DNA of 58,980 bases from a bacterium (GTDB taxonomy: Bacteria > Patescibacteriota > Minisyncoccia > Moranbacterales > UBA2206). The translations under genes were made by a program, and so were the position numbers. The notes under the pieces were generated by a model. It ran no database searches. It saw only the letters and a program-made list of their open reading frames with translations, and was not told the origin of the DNA. This document shows positions 7,231 to 15,137 of the stretch, one piece after another. Location: assembly GCA_030654225.1 (NCBI GenBank), contig JAURXY010000027.1, forward strand, positions 1 to 58,980. The letters run 5' to 3'. Positions within the stretch are counted from its first letter, which is position 1. Each line of letters begins with the position of its first letter.

Positions 7231-8109
7231 ATGTTAAAAGAAAAAATCACCAATCCGTGGTTAAGATTCCAGATTATGGATATTCTTAATATTTCCGAAG
7301 AAGAAAAAATGGAAATAACTAAGAAAGCATTTCTTTTTATTGTTAAATGCACAGGAGATTTGTATATTCCATATGATGAAATAAAAAAATATCTTGCAAG
7401 AATTACCAAGAAATATCCTGTCATTGAAAAAATAAAAGACGAGGAAATACTCGAGTCATTGAGATGTTTTATTACTAAAACACCTGGGACATATCATAAA
7501 ATTACTCATTTGGAAATGTTGACTACTATTAAGATTTTTTTCAAAAATCTTGAAACCATTAAAAAAATTGAAAGGATGATCTATCGTTCATATGTACTTG
7601 CTCCCCCTTATGAACCATCGCATGCTTTCCATATTCAATATAAATGGGCGCTATCAAAAAAAGAAAAAAATGCAATAGTTCGGGATGTTATTAAAGAAAG
7701 AACGGGCTATCAAAGTGCAATATTTCTTGCAAAACGTTTCAAGATGCCAACAAAAAAACTATATTGGGCGCTTAGTGAAGAAGAAAAAATGGAAATAACC
7801 GAAAAAATTATAAAGGGATATCCTGATAATTGGAAAAAGAAGCTTGAAAAAATATTCGGCAATAAGAGAGCAACTAGTGCCATCCGGAAATATTATGAAA
7901 GACTTCTAATTAAAAACAATTATGATGAAGCCGAGGTCGTGGGAAAATATCCTACTATAATTTTAAAAGTATTATTATCAAAAATAAATAAATGTTATCT
8001 ATGGGATGCTTCTGAATTCGCGCAAAGATTTATGCCTGAAAGGAAAGAAATCTTAAAGGAACTAAAGATCCTTGAGGATGCAGAGATGGCATTTTATGCC
8101 ACTTTATAA
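7231..8109 (+). CDS. hypothetical protein (292 aa) with an internal duplication
   Basis: AAGGAGAAAAGAC precedes the ATG. The 23-nt exact repeat GAAGAAGAAAAAATGGAAATAAC occurs at 7297-7319 and 7777-7799, encoding SEEEKMEIT twice, 160 aa apart. Confidence 0.6.
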   Translation: MLKEKITNPWLRFQIMDILNISEEEKMEITKKAFLFIVKCTGDLYIPYDEIKKYLARITKKYPVIEKIKDEEILESLRCFITKTPGTYHKITHLEMLTTIKIFFKNLETIKKIERMIYRSYVLAPPYEPSHAFHIQYKWALSKKEKNAIVRDVIKERTGYQSAIFLAKRFKMPTKKLYWALSEEEKMEITEKIIKGYPDNWKKKLEKIFGNKRATSAIRKYYERLLIKNNYDEAEVVGKYPTIILKVLLSKINKCYLWDASEFAQRFMPERKEILKELKILEDAEMAFYATL

Positions 8110-8133
8110 AAAAGAACAAGGAACAGAACAACA

Positions 8134-8165
8134 GCCAGGAAACCCATTGCGGTTCCTGGCTTTTT
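8134..8165. terminator. bidirectional terminator between module 2 and module 3
   Basis: Stem GCCAGGAA/TTCCTGGC followed by T5. Confidence 0.7.
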
Positions 8166-8185
8166 ATATTTTAGCTTTTTTAAAA

Positions 8186-8938
8186 TTATTTATTTTCCAG
8201 TAGATCTCCCGCTCCTCTCCACGCCAACTCAAAAATCGCTTTTTGGGAGCGGGTGATTTCTTCGGATTCGATAATCATCCCAAACATTTCTGTGCCATAG
8301 CTAGCAATGGCGATTTTGTTTTTGTAGATATTAGTTTCATTAGAAACAGGAAAATCTTTTTCGCTAAGAATTTTCACTTCGCGGAGTTGCTCTGCATTAT
8401 TTTCCATATACTTTTCAATTCCAGAAAAATGCTTATAGATCCCTCGAATTCGGATGTTTTTTTCAACTCTTCGCGCGATATAATCATTTGTGTAATCTGG
8501 CAGATTCTCCAAAACGCCTTCGCCGACATAGGCCAAAATTTCATCACCCTTCTTGAGACTGCGCAAACTGTCTTCATACATTTCCTTAATTCCTTCCGCC
8601 CCTTCGAAATAGCGAATGAAAGGTTTTGTTTTGGGCGAGTTATATAAATTTTGCAAACTTGGCATTATGGAATTTATCCTTTCCTCTTTTTCTTTGAGTT
8701 TCTTGATTAGTATTTCCGGATCAGCCGGAGAAAAATATTTCACATTACCTTTGATGGATTTATAAATCAAACCTTCTTTCATTAGTTGATTAACAATATC
8801 ATAGACAGTTGGACGCTTCAGTCCGACTTTTTTTGCCAGAAGATAGGCCGTCGCTCCGCCCATTTCCAAGCAAGCCAAATAAACTTCCGCTTTTTTGTCC
8901 TCCATTCCAAATTGTCTCAAAATTTCTTTTATTTCCAT
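8186..8938 (-). CDS. TrmB-family HTH transcriptional regulator (module 3)
   Basis: FGMEDKKAEVYLACLEMGGATAYLLAKKVGLKRPTVYDIVNQLMKEGLI wHTH. Confidence 0.8.
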   Translation of the reverse strand: MEIKEILRQFGMEDKKAEVYLACLEMGGATAYLLAKKVGLKRPTVYDIVNQLMKEGLIYKSIKGNVKYFSPADPEILIKKLKEKEERINSIMPSLQNLYNSPKTKPFIRYFEGAEGIKEMYEDSLRSLKKGDEILAYVGEGVLENLPDYTNDYIARRVEKNIRIRGIYKHFSGIEKYMENNAEQLREVKILSEKDFPVSNETNIYKNKIAIASYGTEMFGMIIESEEITRSQKAIFELAWRGAGDLLENK

Positions 8939-8949
8939 ACTTTTTTGCC

Positions 8950-8972
8950 CCCTCTCCTTTACAAGGAGAGGG
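8950..8972 (-). promoter_or_regulatory. 5'UTR hairpin pairing CCCTCTCC with GGAGAGGG (possible SD sequestration)
   Basis: Perfect 8-bp stem with a 7-nt loop. The 3' arm GGAGAGGGGG ends 9 nt before the ATG at 8938. Confidence 0.4.
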
Positions 8973-9013
8973 TTGGGGTGAGGTTTATTCGTAATTTTCC
9001 GACTACTGAATAT

Positions 9014-9129
9014 ATAATAGCATAACTAGCCTAAAAGTCAATATATAAAGGCTTTATTATATTATTTAACAACAGCCTTAAATATGTTATGACGGTAAAT
9101 ATTGAATATCTCTATTAGAAGTGTATAAT
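9014..9129. promoter_or_regulatory. divergent promoters of module 3
   Basis: Minus strand: TTGACT 9036-9041, N16, TATTAT 9014-9019. Plus strand: TTGAAT 9102-9107, N16, TATAAT 9124-9129. Confidence 0.5.
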
Positions 9130-9182
9130 GGACAGTTCCGGTTCATTGACAATTAAAAACAATTCAAATAGGAGGTCCTAAA

Positions 9183-9767
9183 ATGAGCATAAAAAAAGAG
9201 ATTGCTCGCGAAGTCTTAAAGGATATTGGGAGGATTATTAAATTAAAAATAGATAATCTTCTTAAATTACTTTGTAAGGCTTTATACCCCGTATGCGGTA
9301 ACTTATCCAATAACATTCAAAGTAAATTAGAGGGATTATTGGGGCACGAATATTATGATGCGAAGAAAGCGTTTAATGTAAGTTTGAAAATAAATAAGTT
9401 TATTTATTCTCTTTCGGCGGGAGCATTTATGGGATATGACATTAGTAAAATTCCCATAAAAGAATTTGTGAATAACGACCTATTAAAACCAGAGCCTGCT
9501 CGCGGGTTCGAAATAGTTATTTTTGCTATTTGCACAGCAACTGTATTTTTAGGTATCGGCTTGCTCGAAGATTGCATAAGGAAACAAATTAGCAAAGATA
9601 ATCGAGAAAATTGGAACGGAGTAGGAGTTTCTGCTTCCTTGGTGGGGAAAATTATTTCTCTTCCGTTCGACATCGCCACGCTTTGTTCAGATTATTACTA
9701 CCATAACATCTTAGATTATTTATGGATGGTTGAATACAGGATAAAAAACAAGGAGAAGAAAAAATGA
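9183..9767 (+). CDS. hypothetical membrane protein (194 aa)
   Basis: TAGGAGGTCCTAAA precedes the ATG. Two or three hydrophobic helices. Confidence 0.6.
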   Translation: MSIKKEIAREVLKDIGRIIKLKIDNLLKLLCKALYPVCGNLSNNIQSKLEGLLGHEYYDAKKAFNVSLKINKFIYSLSAGAFMGYDISKIPIKEFVNNDLLKPEPARGFEIVIFAICTATVFLGIGLLEDCIRKQISKDNRENWNGVGVSASLVGKIISLPFDIATLCSDYYYHNILDYLWMVEYRIKNKEKKK

Positions 9768-10114
9768 AATTTCCATGGTGGCATTATATGTTCTTAGTGA
9801 TTTTTTGGATTAATATCATGTTTCCAATAAACCACTATTTATTAAGCTACAAAGAGGGGACTTATATTGATATCATAAACAACACTTTTAAGAATGAGAT
9901 TCCTCTTGGATATTCAAAAGTATTCATAAAAAAAGTAATATTTACAGCTTCAAAAGTAGAATATGTTGTTGTTTTTACTGACAATAAAGTGGCTGTATTG
10001 TCATATCGAGATGCCAGGACTATGCACAAAGCCTGGAAAGAGGCACAAGATGATAAGGAGCGGAAAATCAAGGAGAAAATTAGAAGGAAATGCCTTATCG
10101 ATAGATACAAATGA
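9764..10114 (+). CDS. hypothetical membrane protein (116 aa)
   Basis: AAGGAGAAGAAAAA precedes the ATG, with a 4-nt overlap on the upstream gene. N-terminal TM helix. Confidence 0.55.
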   Translation: MKFPWWHYMFLVIFWINIMFPINHYLLSYKEGTYIDIINNTFKNEIPLGYSKVFIKKVIFTASKVEYVVVFTDNKVAVLSYRDARTMHKAWKEAQDDKERKIKEKIRRKCLIDRYK

Positions 10115-10140
10115 AATTTATACAAACAAGGAGGAGAAAA

Positions 10141-10464
10141 ATGACTGAAGCAACAAAATCAAACATCCTGAAAATTATGAATGCATTCATTTTGGATACA
10201 AATTTTGAAATAGATTGCAATGATACGGAATTTTCCATCAGCATCCATGATTATCATGATTATCAGAATAAATTAGTTATAAACATTCTGTATAATATAA
10301 ATAACGACTATATAGAATGTCAATTAAATACAGACAAAGATGTTTCTCCTGACACGCTATTACCAAGAGTTATAGATATCTTCAATATAGCGAGAGCACA
10401 AGGAATTAAAAAAATTAAATTGAGATCGCTCGATCAGAATATAGAGAATATTGAACTGATCTAA
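10141..10464 (+). CDS. hypothetical protein (107 aa)
   Basis: AAGGAGGAGAAAA precedes the ATG at 10141. The track start 10111 has no RBS. Confidence 0.5.
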   Translation: MTEATKSNILKIMNAFILDTNFEIDCNDTEFSISIHDYHDYQNKLVINILYNINNDYIECQLNTDKDVSPDTLLPRVIDIFNIARAQGIKKIKLRSLDQNIENIELI

Positions 10465-10479
10465 TAATTTTAAAACTCT

Positions 10480-10509
10480 CCCCCAAAGCCATCGCGCTTT
10501 GGGGGTTTT
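10480..10509 (+). terminator. rho-independent terminator closing module 3
   Basis: Stem CCCCCAAAGC/GCTTTGGGGG followed by T4. Confidence 0.75.
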
Positions 10510-10629
10510 ATTTATTCTAAAAAATGAATAATCAACTTTGTGCATATGGATAGAAAGTAATTATTTTAGAATTAAAAAAATCTGAATTTCTAATTCAGAT
10601 TTTTTTGAAGTTTTTTTCGGGGATTATTC

Positions 10630-10773
10630 TTACAATAATCCGACTGTATTAAAAAGTGTAATTGTGAGAACTGGCACTAGGGCCACGAGGATTGCGAAAT
10701 TCATTTCATTCGCTTCTAATTCCTCAGCTTCCCGCTTTTCACATGTTGGGCATTTGCATTTTGTTTCTCCCAT
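10630..10773 (-). CDS. 47-aa tail-anchored peptide with an N-terminal CxCxxC motif
   Basis: MGETKCKCPTCEKREAEELEANEMNFAILVALVPVLTITLFNTVGLL. It is bracketed by the hairpin/T-run at 10575-10607 and the upstream terminator at 10834-10856. Below the ORF-track cutoff. Confidence 0.35.
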   Translation of the reverse strand: MGETKCKCPTCEKREAEELEANEMNFAILVALVPVLTITLFNTVGLL

Positions 10774-10903
10774 ATTTTTGTTTTTCCCCTATTTAAAAGG
10801 GTTTATTAATAATTAACTTGTTTTTAATAAATAAAAAAAGCGGTGTTCACCCGCTTCCTTATTTAATATATCTATTATACATCATCCAAGAGCAAAAGTC
10901 AAG

Positions 10904-11593
10904 CTAAATCGCAATATTCAAGAAAGCGTTGATGGCTGTGCCGAGAAAAATGCGCAGAGGTGTAGAAAAAAAGAAAATGAAAAACAACAGTATGGCGAAA
11001 CCAAATTGCTCAAGCATGGCTTGCATTTCAATTCTAACAGGGAAAATAGTAAATAATATTTTGGAACCATCCAATGGAGGAATGGGAATTAAATTAAAAA
11101 AAGCCAAGAAGACATTGATGATCACAATGATAATTAGAATTTCATAAAATATGGTACTTACCGATCCAGAAATTAGCCCAGAAACTGTTGACCATTCATT
11201 GACATTTTCAATAATATCATTCTTGAGGTACATTGGTATAGCGATAAATCTGGCCAAAAGTGCAGCAAGAAGTGCCACTGTCAAATTTATCCCCGGACCA
11301 GCCAGCGCCACTATCATTGGCCCCCATTTTTGATTCTTTAGATTATATGGGTTATATGGCACTGGCTTGGCCCAGCCAAAAGCAAAACCGAAAGAAAGAT
11401 ACATGAAGAGTGGCGCAAAAAACGAGCCCACCATATCCAAATGCTTGAAAGGATTAGCAGTAAGTCTTCCGGCATATTTAGCCGTCGTGTCACCCAATTG
11501 TAGCGCCGCTAGCCCATGAGCCACTTCGTGGATAATCACGCTATAGAGAAGTATTGCGATATAAAAAACAATTAGGACTATTTCATTTAACAT
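10904..11593 (-). CDS. site-2 protease family (M50) zinc metalloprotease
   Basis: HEVAHGLAA (HExxH), NLIPIPPLDGSKIL, and a polytopic membrane profile. Confidence 0.85.
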   Translation of the reverse strand: MLNEIVLIVFYIAILLYSVIIHEVAHGLAALQLGDTTAKYAGRLTANPFKHLDMVGSFFAPLFMYLSFGFAFGWAKPVPYNPYNLKNQKWGPMIVALAGPGINLTVALLAALLARFIAIPMYLKNDIIENVNEWSTVSGLISGSVSTIFYEILIIIVIINVFLAFFNLIPIPPLDGSKILFTIFPVRIEMQAMLEQFGFAILLFFIFFFSTPLRIFLGTAINAFLNIAI

Positions 11594-11607
11594 ATTTAGT
11601 TTGTTTT

Positions 11608-11693
11608 ATTCGCAGTATTCGCATGCATTCGCCCGCCTCGCGTCGACGAGCAATCGTCTTGCGAGTCGAGGCGGGTTGATTCGCATCGCGATC
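11608..11693. repeat. 85-nt hairpin element, copy 1 (second copy at 55226-55310)
   Basis: ATTCGCCCGCCTCG-CGTCGACGAGCAATCGTCTTGCGAGT-CGAGGCGGG flanked by TTCGCA/ATTCGCA words. About 90% identical to copy 2. Confidence 0.8.
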
Positions 11694-11759
11694 ACTTGCT
11701 TTTATTACCCTTATATGCTACATTATATCTTGTAATAAATCAAATCAACCGATTCGGAT

Positions 11760-11800
11760 ATTCGTAGATTCGCATCTAATTCGCAGATTCGCATCGGTAC
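11760..11800 (+). repeat. ATTCGTAGATTCGCAT word motif upstream of rpmB
   Basis: ATTCGTAGATTCGCATCTAATTCGCAGATTCGCATCGGTAC, the same motif and spacing to the ATG as upstream of ssb and rpsR. Confidence 0.7.
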
Positions 11801-11806
11801 ATTTTT

Positions 11807-11974
11807 ATGTCTAGAGTATGTGATGTTTGCGGTCGAGGTTCTCAGGTTGGAAACAAGGTGAGCCATTCACAAGTGAAAACTTTGCGAAAATATATGATCA
11901 ACTTGCAAGCCAAAAAAATTGAAGGTAAGTCCCGAAAAGTCTGCACTAAATGCATAAAGACCATGGCTAAATAG
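11807..11974 (+). CDS. rpmB: 50S ribosomal protein L28
   Basis: MSRVCDVCGRGSQVGNKVSHSQVKTLRKYMINLQ is the L28 signature. Below the ORF-track cutoff, so I translated it by hand. Confidence 0.9.
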   Translation: MSRVCDVCGRGSQVGNKVSHSQVKTLRKYMINLQAKKIEGKSRKVCTKCIKTMAK

Positions 11975-12037
11975 AAAAAAGAGTTTTAAAAAAATCCCCG
12001 AGAATATCGGAGATTTTTTATTTATCGCAAAGTTTTT

Positions 12038-13117
12038 TTATAGACCTAGAGTTTTAACCAATTGTTTAACAAGAGTACAAACAACAGCTGGGGCCATTAA
12101 ACTATAAACTTCGATTCCCTCATCATCTTTCACTGTGAAAGGTCGTTCTAAGGTTTTAATTTCACCGGTCTTTTCATCGCGTTCATAATAAAATTCAGGA
12201 GTAATTTCATAATCATCAACTGTTTCTTTCGCCACATCGGCTGGCACAGCATTTCTAACCATTCCCTTTACAACGCCATGCAAAGAAAACACCTTGCTGA
12301 TTAATTTGTCATCCATCTCTAATCTTTCTCGAAGTGATTCAATTCCTAAATTATCACCTTCTTTTGCAACCATTCGCACATTATTACATTCTGGATTATC
12401 ACATTTTAAATAGAATTTTTTCTCTTCTTCATCATAACCAACTTCCTTAGTAGCTAATAATTTTAGATTTCTTGGAGTATGACAAATTGGACAAACCACT
12501 CGATATTTCATTCGTTCATCAATAACTGCTTCTGGGATATCAATTGCTAGGAAAATATCTGGGTCTTTTCTATAATCAATAAGTTCTTTAAAAAACATTG
12601 AGTAAGAAATTTGATCAAAGTTTCTTGGAAAACCATCAATAAAGAGTGACTTTTTATCCATTTTGTCAATTTCTCTTTTGACTAATGTCATAATAAATTC
12701 ATCAGGAAGAAGTGTTTTTGTGTCTCTACCAAGTAACGCTTCAATACCCTGTTCAGGAGAGATATATCCTCGATAATTTTCATGCAAATATGCTAATAAT
12801 TCTTTTCTTTCGTTTTCATCTTCCATAGCCGCATGCACATCTCTCACAACATCACCCACAGAAATATGCCCGATCTTATCTTTACCAAAAATTTCCATAA
12901 GTAATTTTGTATAAGTTCCTTTACCAGCATTTTTTTTGCCTAAAAAATAGGCTATAAATGTTTTTCCTTCAGAAAAATATTTTCTCAATTTTTCAATGTC
13001 TCCGCCTACTTTTGCTTCAAAATATTCTTTTCTTTCATCTAAATCAGAAAGATTGAATTTTCTGTCTATGCCTTCCACCTTCGTCTTCTGTAGTGGAAAT
13101 TCCTTTTCATACTTCAT
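12038..13117 (-). CDS. adk: adenylate kinase family protein with an N-terminal extension and a Cys4 LID
   Basis: P-loop GKKNAGKGT, VGDVVR, IDGFPRNFDQ, and a CPICH...CDNPEC zinc LID. Confidence 0.75.
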   Translation of the reverse strand: MKYEKEFPLQKTKVEGIDRKFNLSDLDERKEYFEAKVGGDIEKLRKYFSEGKTFIAYFLGKKNAGKGTYTKLLMEIFGKDKIGHISVGDVVRDVHAAMEDENERKELLAYLHENYRGYISPEQGIEALLGRDTKTLLPDEFIMTLVKREIDKMDKKSLFIDGFPRNFDQISYSMFFKELIDYRKDPDIFLAIDIPEAVIDERMKYRVVCPICHTPRNLKLLATKEVGYDEEEKKFYLKCDNPECNNVRMVAKEGDNLGIESLRERLEMDDKLISKVFSLHGVVKGMVRNAVPADVAKETVDDYEITPEFYYERDEKTGEIKTLERPFTVKDDEGIEVYSLMAPAVVCTLVKQLVKTLGL

Positions 13118-13216
13118 AATTTTTGACTTTTTAAAATTTAATTAAAAACCTCTCTCAAGGTTATGAGACTATCTTATCAGATATATTCTTTCCTTGCAAA
13201 TCCACTCACAAATAAA

Positions 13217-14230
13217 TTATTCCTCCGCTTTTTCTTGTTCTTTTAGCTTCTCATAAATCTTTTTGTTGATTTCTTTCATGATTTTTGGATCAGCTTTGAG
13301 CGTAGCCTTGGCTGTTTCTCGTCCCACGCCAAGCTTCATTTCACCAAAATTATATGAGTTGCCTTTCTTTTCAATCACTTCAAATTTGACTCCTGTGTCG
13401 AGCACATCTCCTGACGCACTCACGCCTTCGTTATACATGATATCAAACTCACAAGTCTTGAAAGGCGGAGCCACTTTATTTTTGACAATTTTTACTTTTG
13501 TACGGTTGCCCACAATATCTTCGCCTTTTTTGATTTGGGCTGATCTTCTCACTTCAATTCTCACTGACGCATAGAATTTCAGAGCATTGCCTCCCGTTGT
13601 TGTTTCTGGGTTGCCAAACACTACTCCAATTTTCATTCTAATTTGATTGATGAAAATCACAGTGCAATTTGATCTGGCAATAATCGCAGTGAGTTTTCGA
13701 AGAGCCTGCGACATGAGCCTAGCCTGACGCCCCATATGAGAGTCCCCCATATCCCCTTCAATCTCAGCTTTTGGCACCAAGGCTGCTACTGAGTCCACTA
13801 CGATAATACTAATCTCCCCAGAACTCACTAGTGTCTCCACAATGTCCAACGCTTGTTCACCATTATCCGGTTGAGAAATCAAAAGATCATTAATATTAAC
13901 TCCGATTCTTTTAGCATATTCTGGATCAAGGGCATGCTCAGCGTCAATAAACGCGGCCACGCCACCGGCTTTTTGCGCGTTAGCGATGATATGCAAAGTT
14001 AGAGTTGTTTTTCCGCTTGATTCTGGCCCATAAATTTCCACCACTCTTCCGCGTGGAATTCCACCAATGCCCAAAGCAATGTCTAGTGAAATTGCTCCAG
14101 TTGGGATGGAAGCCACATCCACTCTTTTCACGTCCCCCAATTTCATCAGCACTCCTTCGCCAAATTTTTCTCTAATCTCATCAACAACTGCCAGTAATTT
14201 TTTGCCATCCTTTTCGTTTGAATCTTTCAT
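13217..14230 (-). CDS. recA: recombinase RecA
   Basis: [17 protein letters not shown] Walker [11 protein letters not shown], and the L1/L2 regions. Confidence 0.97.
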   Translation of the reverse strand: MKDSNEKDGKKLLAVVDEIREKFGEGVLMKLGDVKRVDVASIPTGAISLDIALGIGGIPRGRVVEIYGPESSGKTTLTLHIIANAQKAGGVAAFIDAEHALDPEYAKRIGVNINDLLISQPDNGEQALDIVETLVSSGEISIIVVDSVAALVPKAEIEGDMGDSHMGRQARLMSQALRKLTAIIARSNCTVIFINQIRMKIGVVFGNPETTTGGNALKFYASVRIEVRRSAQIKKGEDIVGNRTKVKIVKNKVAPPFKTCEFDIMYNEGVSASGDVLDTGVKFEVIEKKGNSYNFGEMKLGVGRETAKATLKADPKIMKEINKKIYEKLKEQEKAEE

Positions 14231-14263
14231 AGACTTTTGTTTAATTATTAGTTTTTATTCCCC

Positions 14264-14369
14264 TACGAATTACGAATTTTTACGAATGTACTAATGTGAA
14301 ATGAATAATTTTTTACTGTCTTATCAAATTATTCGTATTTCGTACATTCGTACCGATTCGTAATTCGTA
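14264..14369. repeat. inverted TACGAAT/ATTCGTA word arrays
   Basis: TACGAATTACGAATTTTTACGAATGTAC ... GTACATTCGTACCGATTCGTAATTCGTA, lying between recA and the rodZ-like gene. Confidence 0.7.
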
Positions 14370-14414
14370 AAGACTACTGATATTGTATCACTCCGCCAAA
14401 ATCTTGGCAAGAGC

Positions 14415-15137
14415 CTAATTTTCAACTGTACTTTCTTGTGGCTCCTTATAATTAGATTGCACACTCAGGCTCTGTGTAGTCTCTTTTTTGAATTTATTGA
14501 TCGATTTAACATCAATCGTATTTAGTCCTGATTGCAAAGTTAGATTTTCCTTAAACCGACCGTCATCACCCACCAGAATTGGCTGATTGTTTATATATAA
14601 AAGCGCCTCCTTGTCTGTCACGCCCTCAATATAGACTGAATTTCCTTCCACCTGACTATTGTTTTCGGGACTCAAAATGATGAGGCTTGGCGCGTTGGCG
14701 AAAGAATTTATCTCCCCATACAACAAAACCAATCCGGCTAAAACTAAAACAATAATCGCTGAGATAAGAATTTTTCTCGGGGTAAAAATAAAAGGAGAGA
14801 TGTTAATTGGTTTTTCTTTTTTGTCATTTTCTTTTCCATTTTTTTTCAAATTAGCTCGGACTTCTTTTTCTCTTTCATAAATTCGAATAAGTATTTTTTC
14901 GTCCACTCCTAAAAAATCTGCGTAACTTCGCAGAAATCCCTTAACATAAACATCAGCTGGCAACTTATCCCAGACGCCTTCTTCTAGATATTCCAAATAG
15001 GCTGGCTGAATTTTGGTAAACCTCGAAGCTTCCGCAATCGAAGTTCGTTTGTCGCTTCGCAGTTTTTTTAGTTTTTCTCCCAGCGTCAATGTGCCAACGC
15101 TTTTTTTAGTAAAACCATTCATAGTTATATTTCCCAT
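14415..15137 (-). CDS. RodZ-like HTH membrane protein
   Basis: LGEKLKKLR....SIAEASRFTKIQPAYLEYLEEG.....PADVYVKGFLRSYADFLG followed by a TM helix. An alternative start at 15122 avoids the overlap with ftsK. Confidence 0.7.
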   Translation of the reverse strand: MGNITMNGFTKKSVGTLTLGEKLKKLRSDKRTSIAEASRFTKIQPAYLEYLEEGVWDKLPADVYVKGFLRSYADFLGVDEKILIRIYEREKEVRANLKKNGKENDKKEKPINISPFIFTPRKILISAIIVLVLAGLVLLYGEINSFANAPSLIILSPENNSQVEGNSVYIEGVTDKEALLYINNQPILVGDDGRFKENLTLQSGLNTIDVKSINKFKKETTQSLSVQSNYKEPQESTVEN

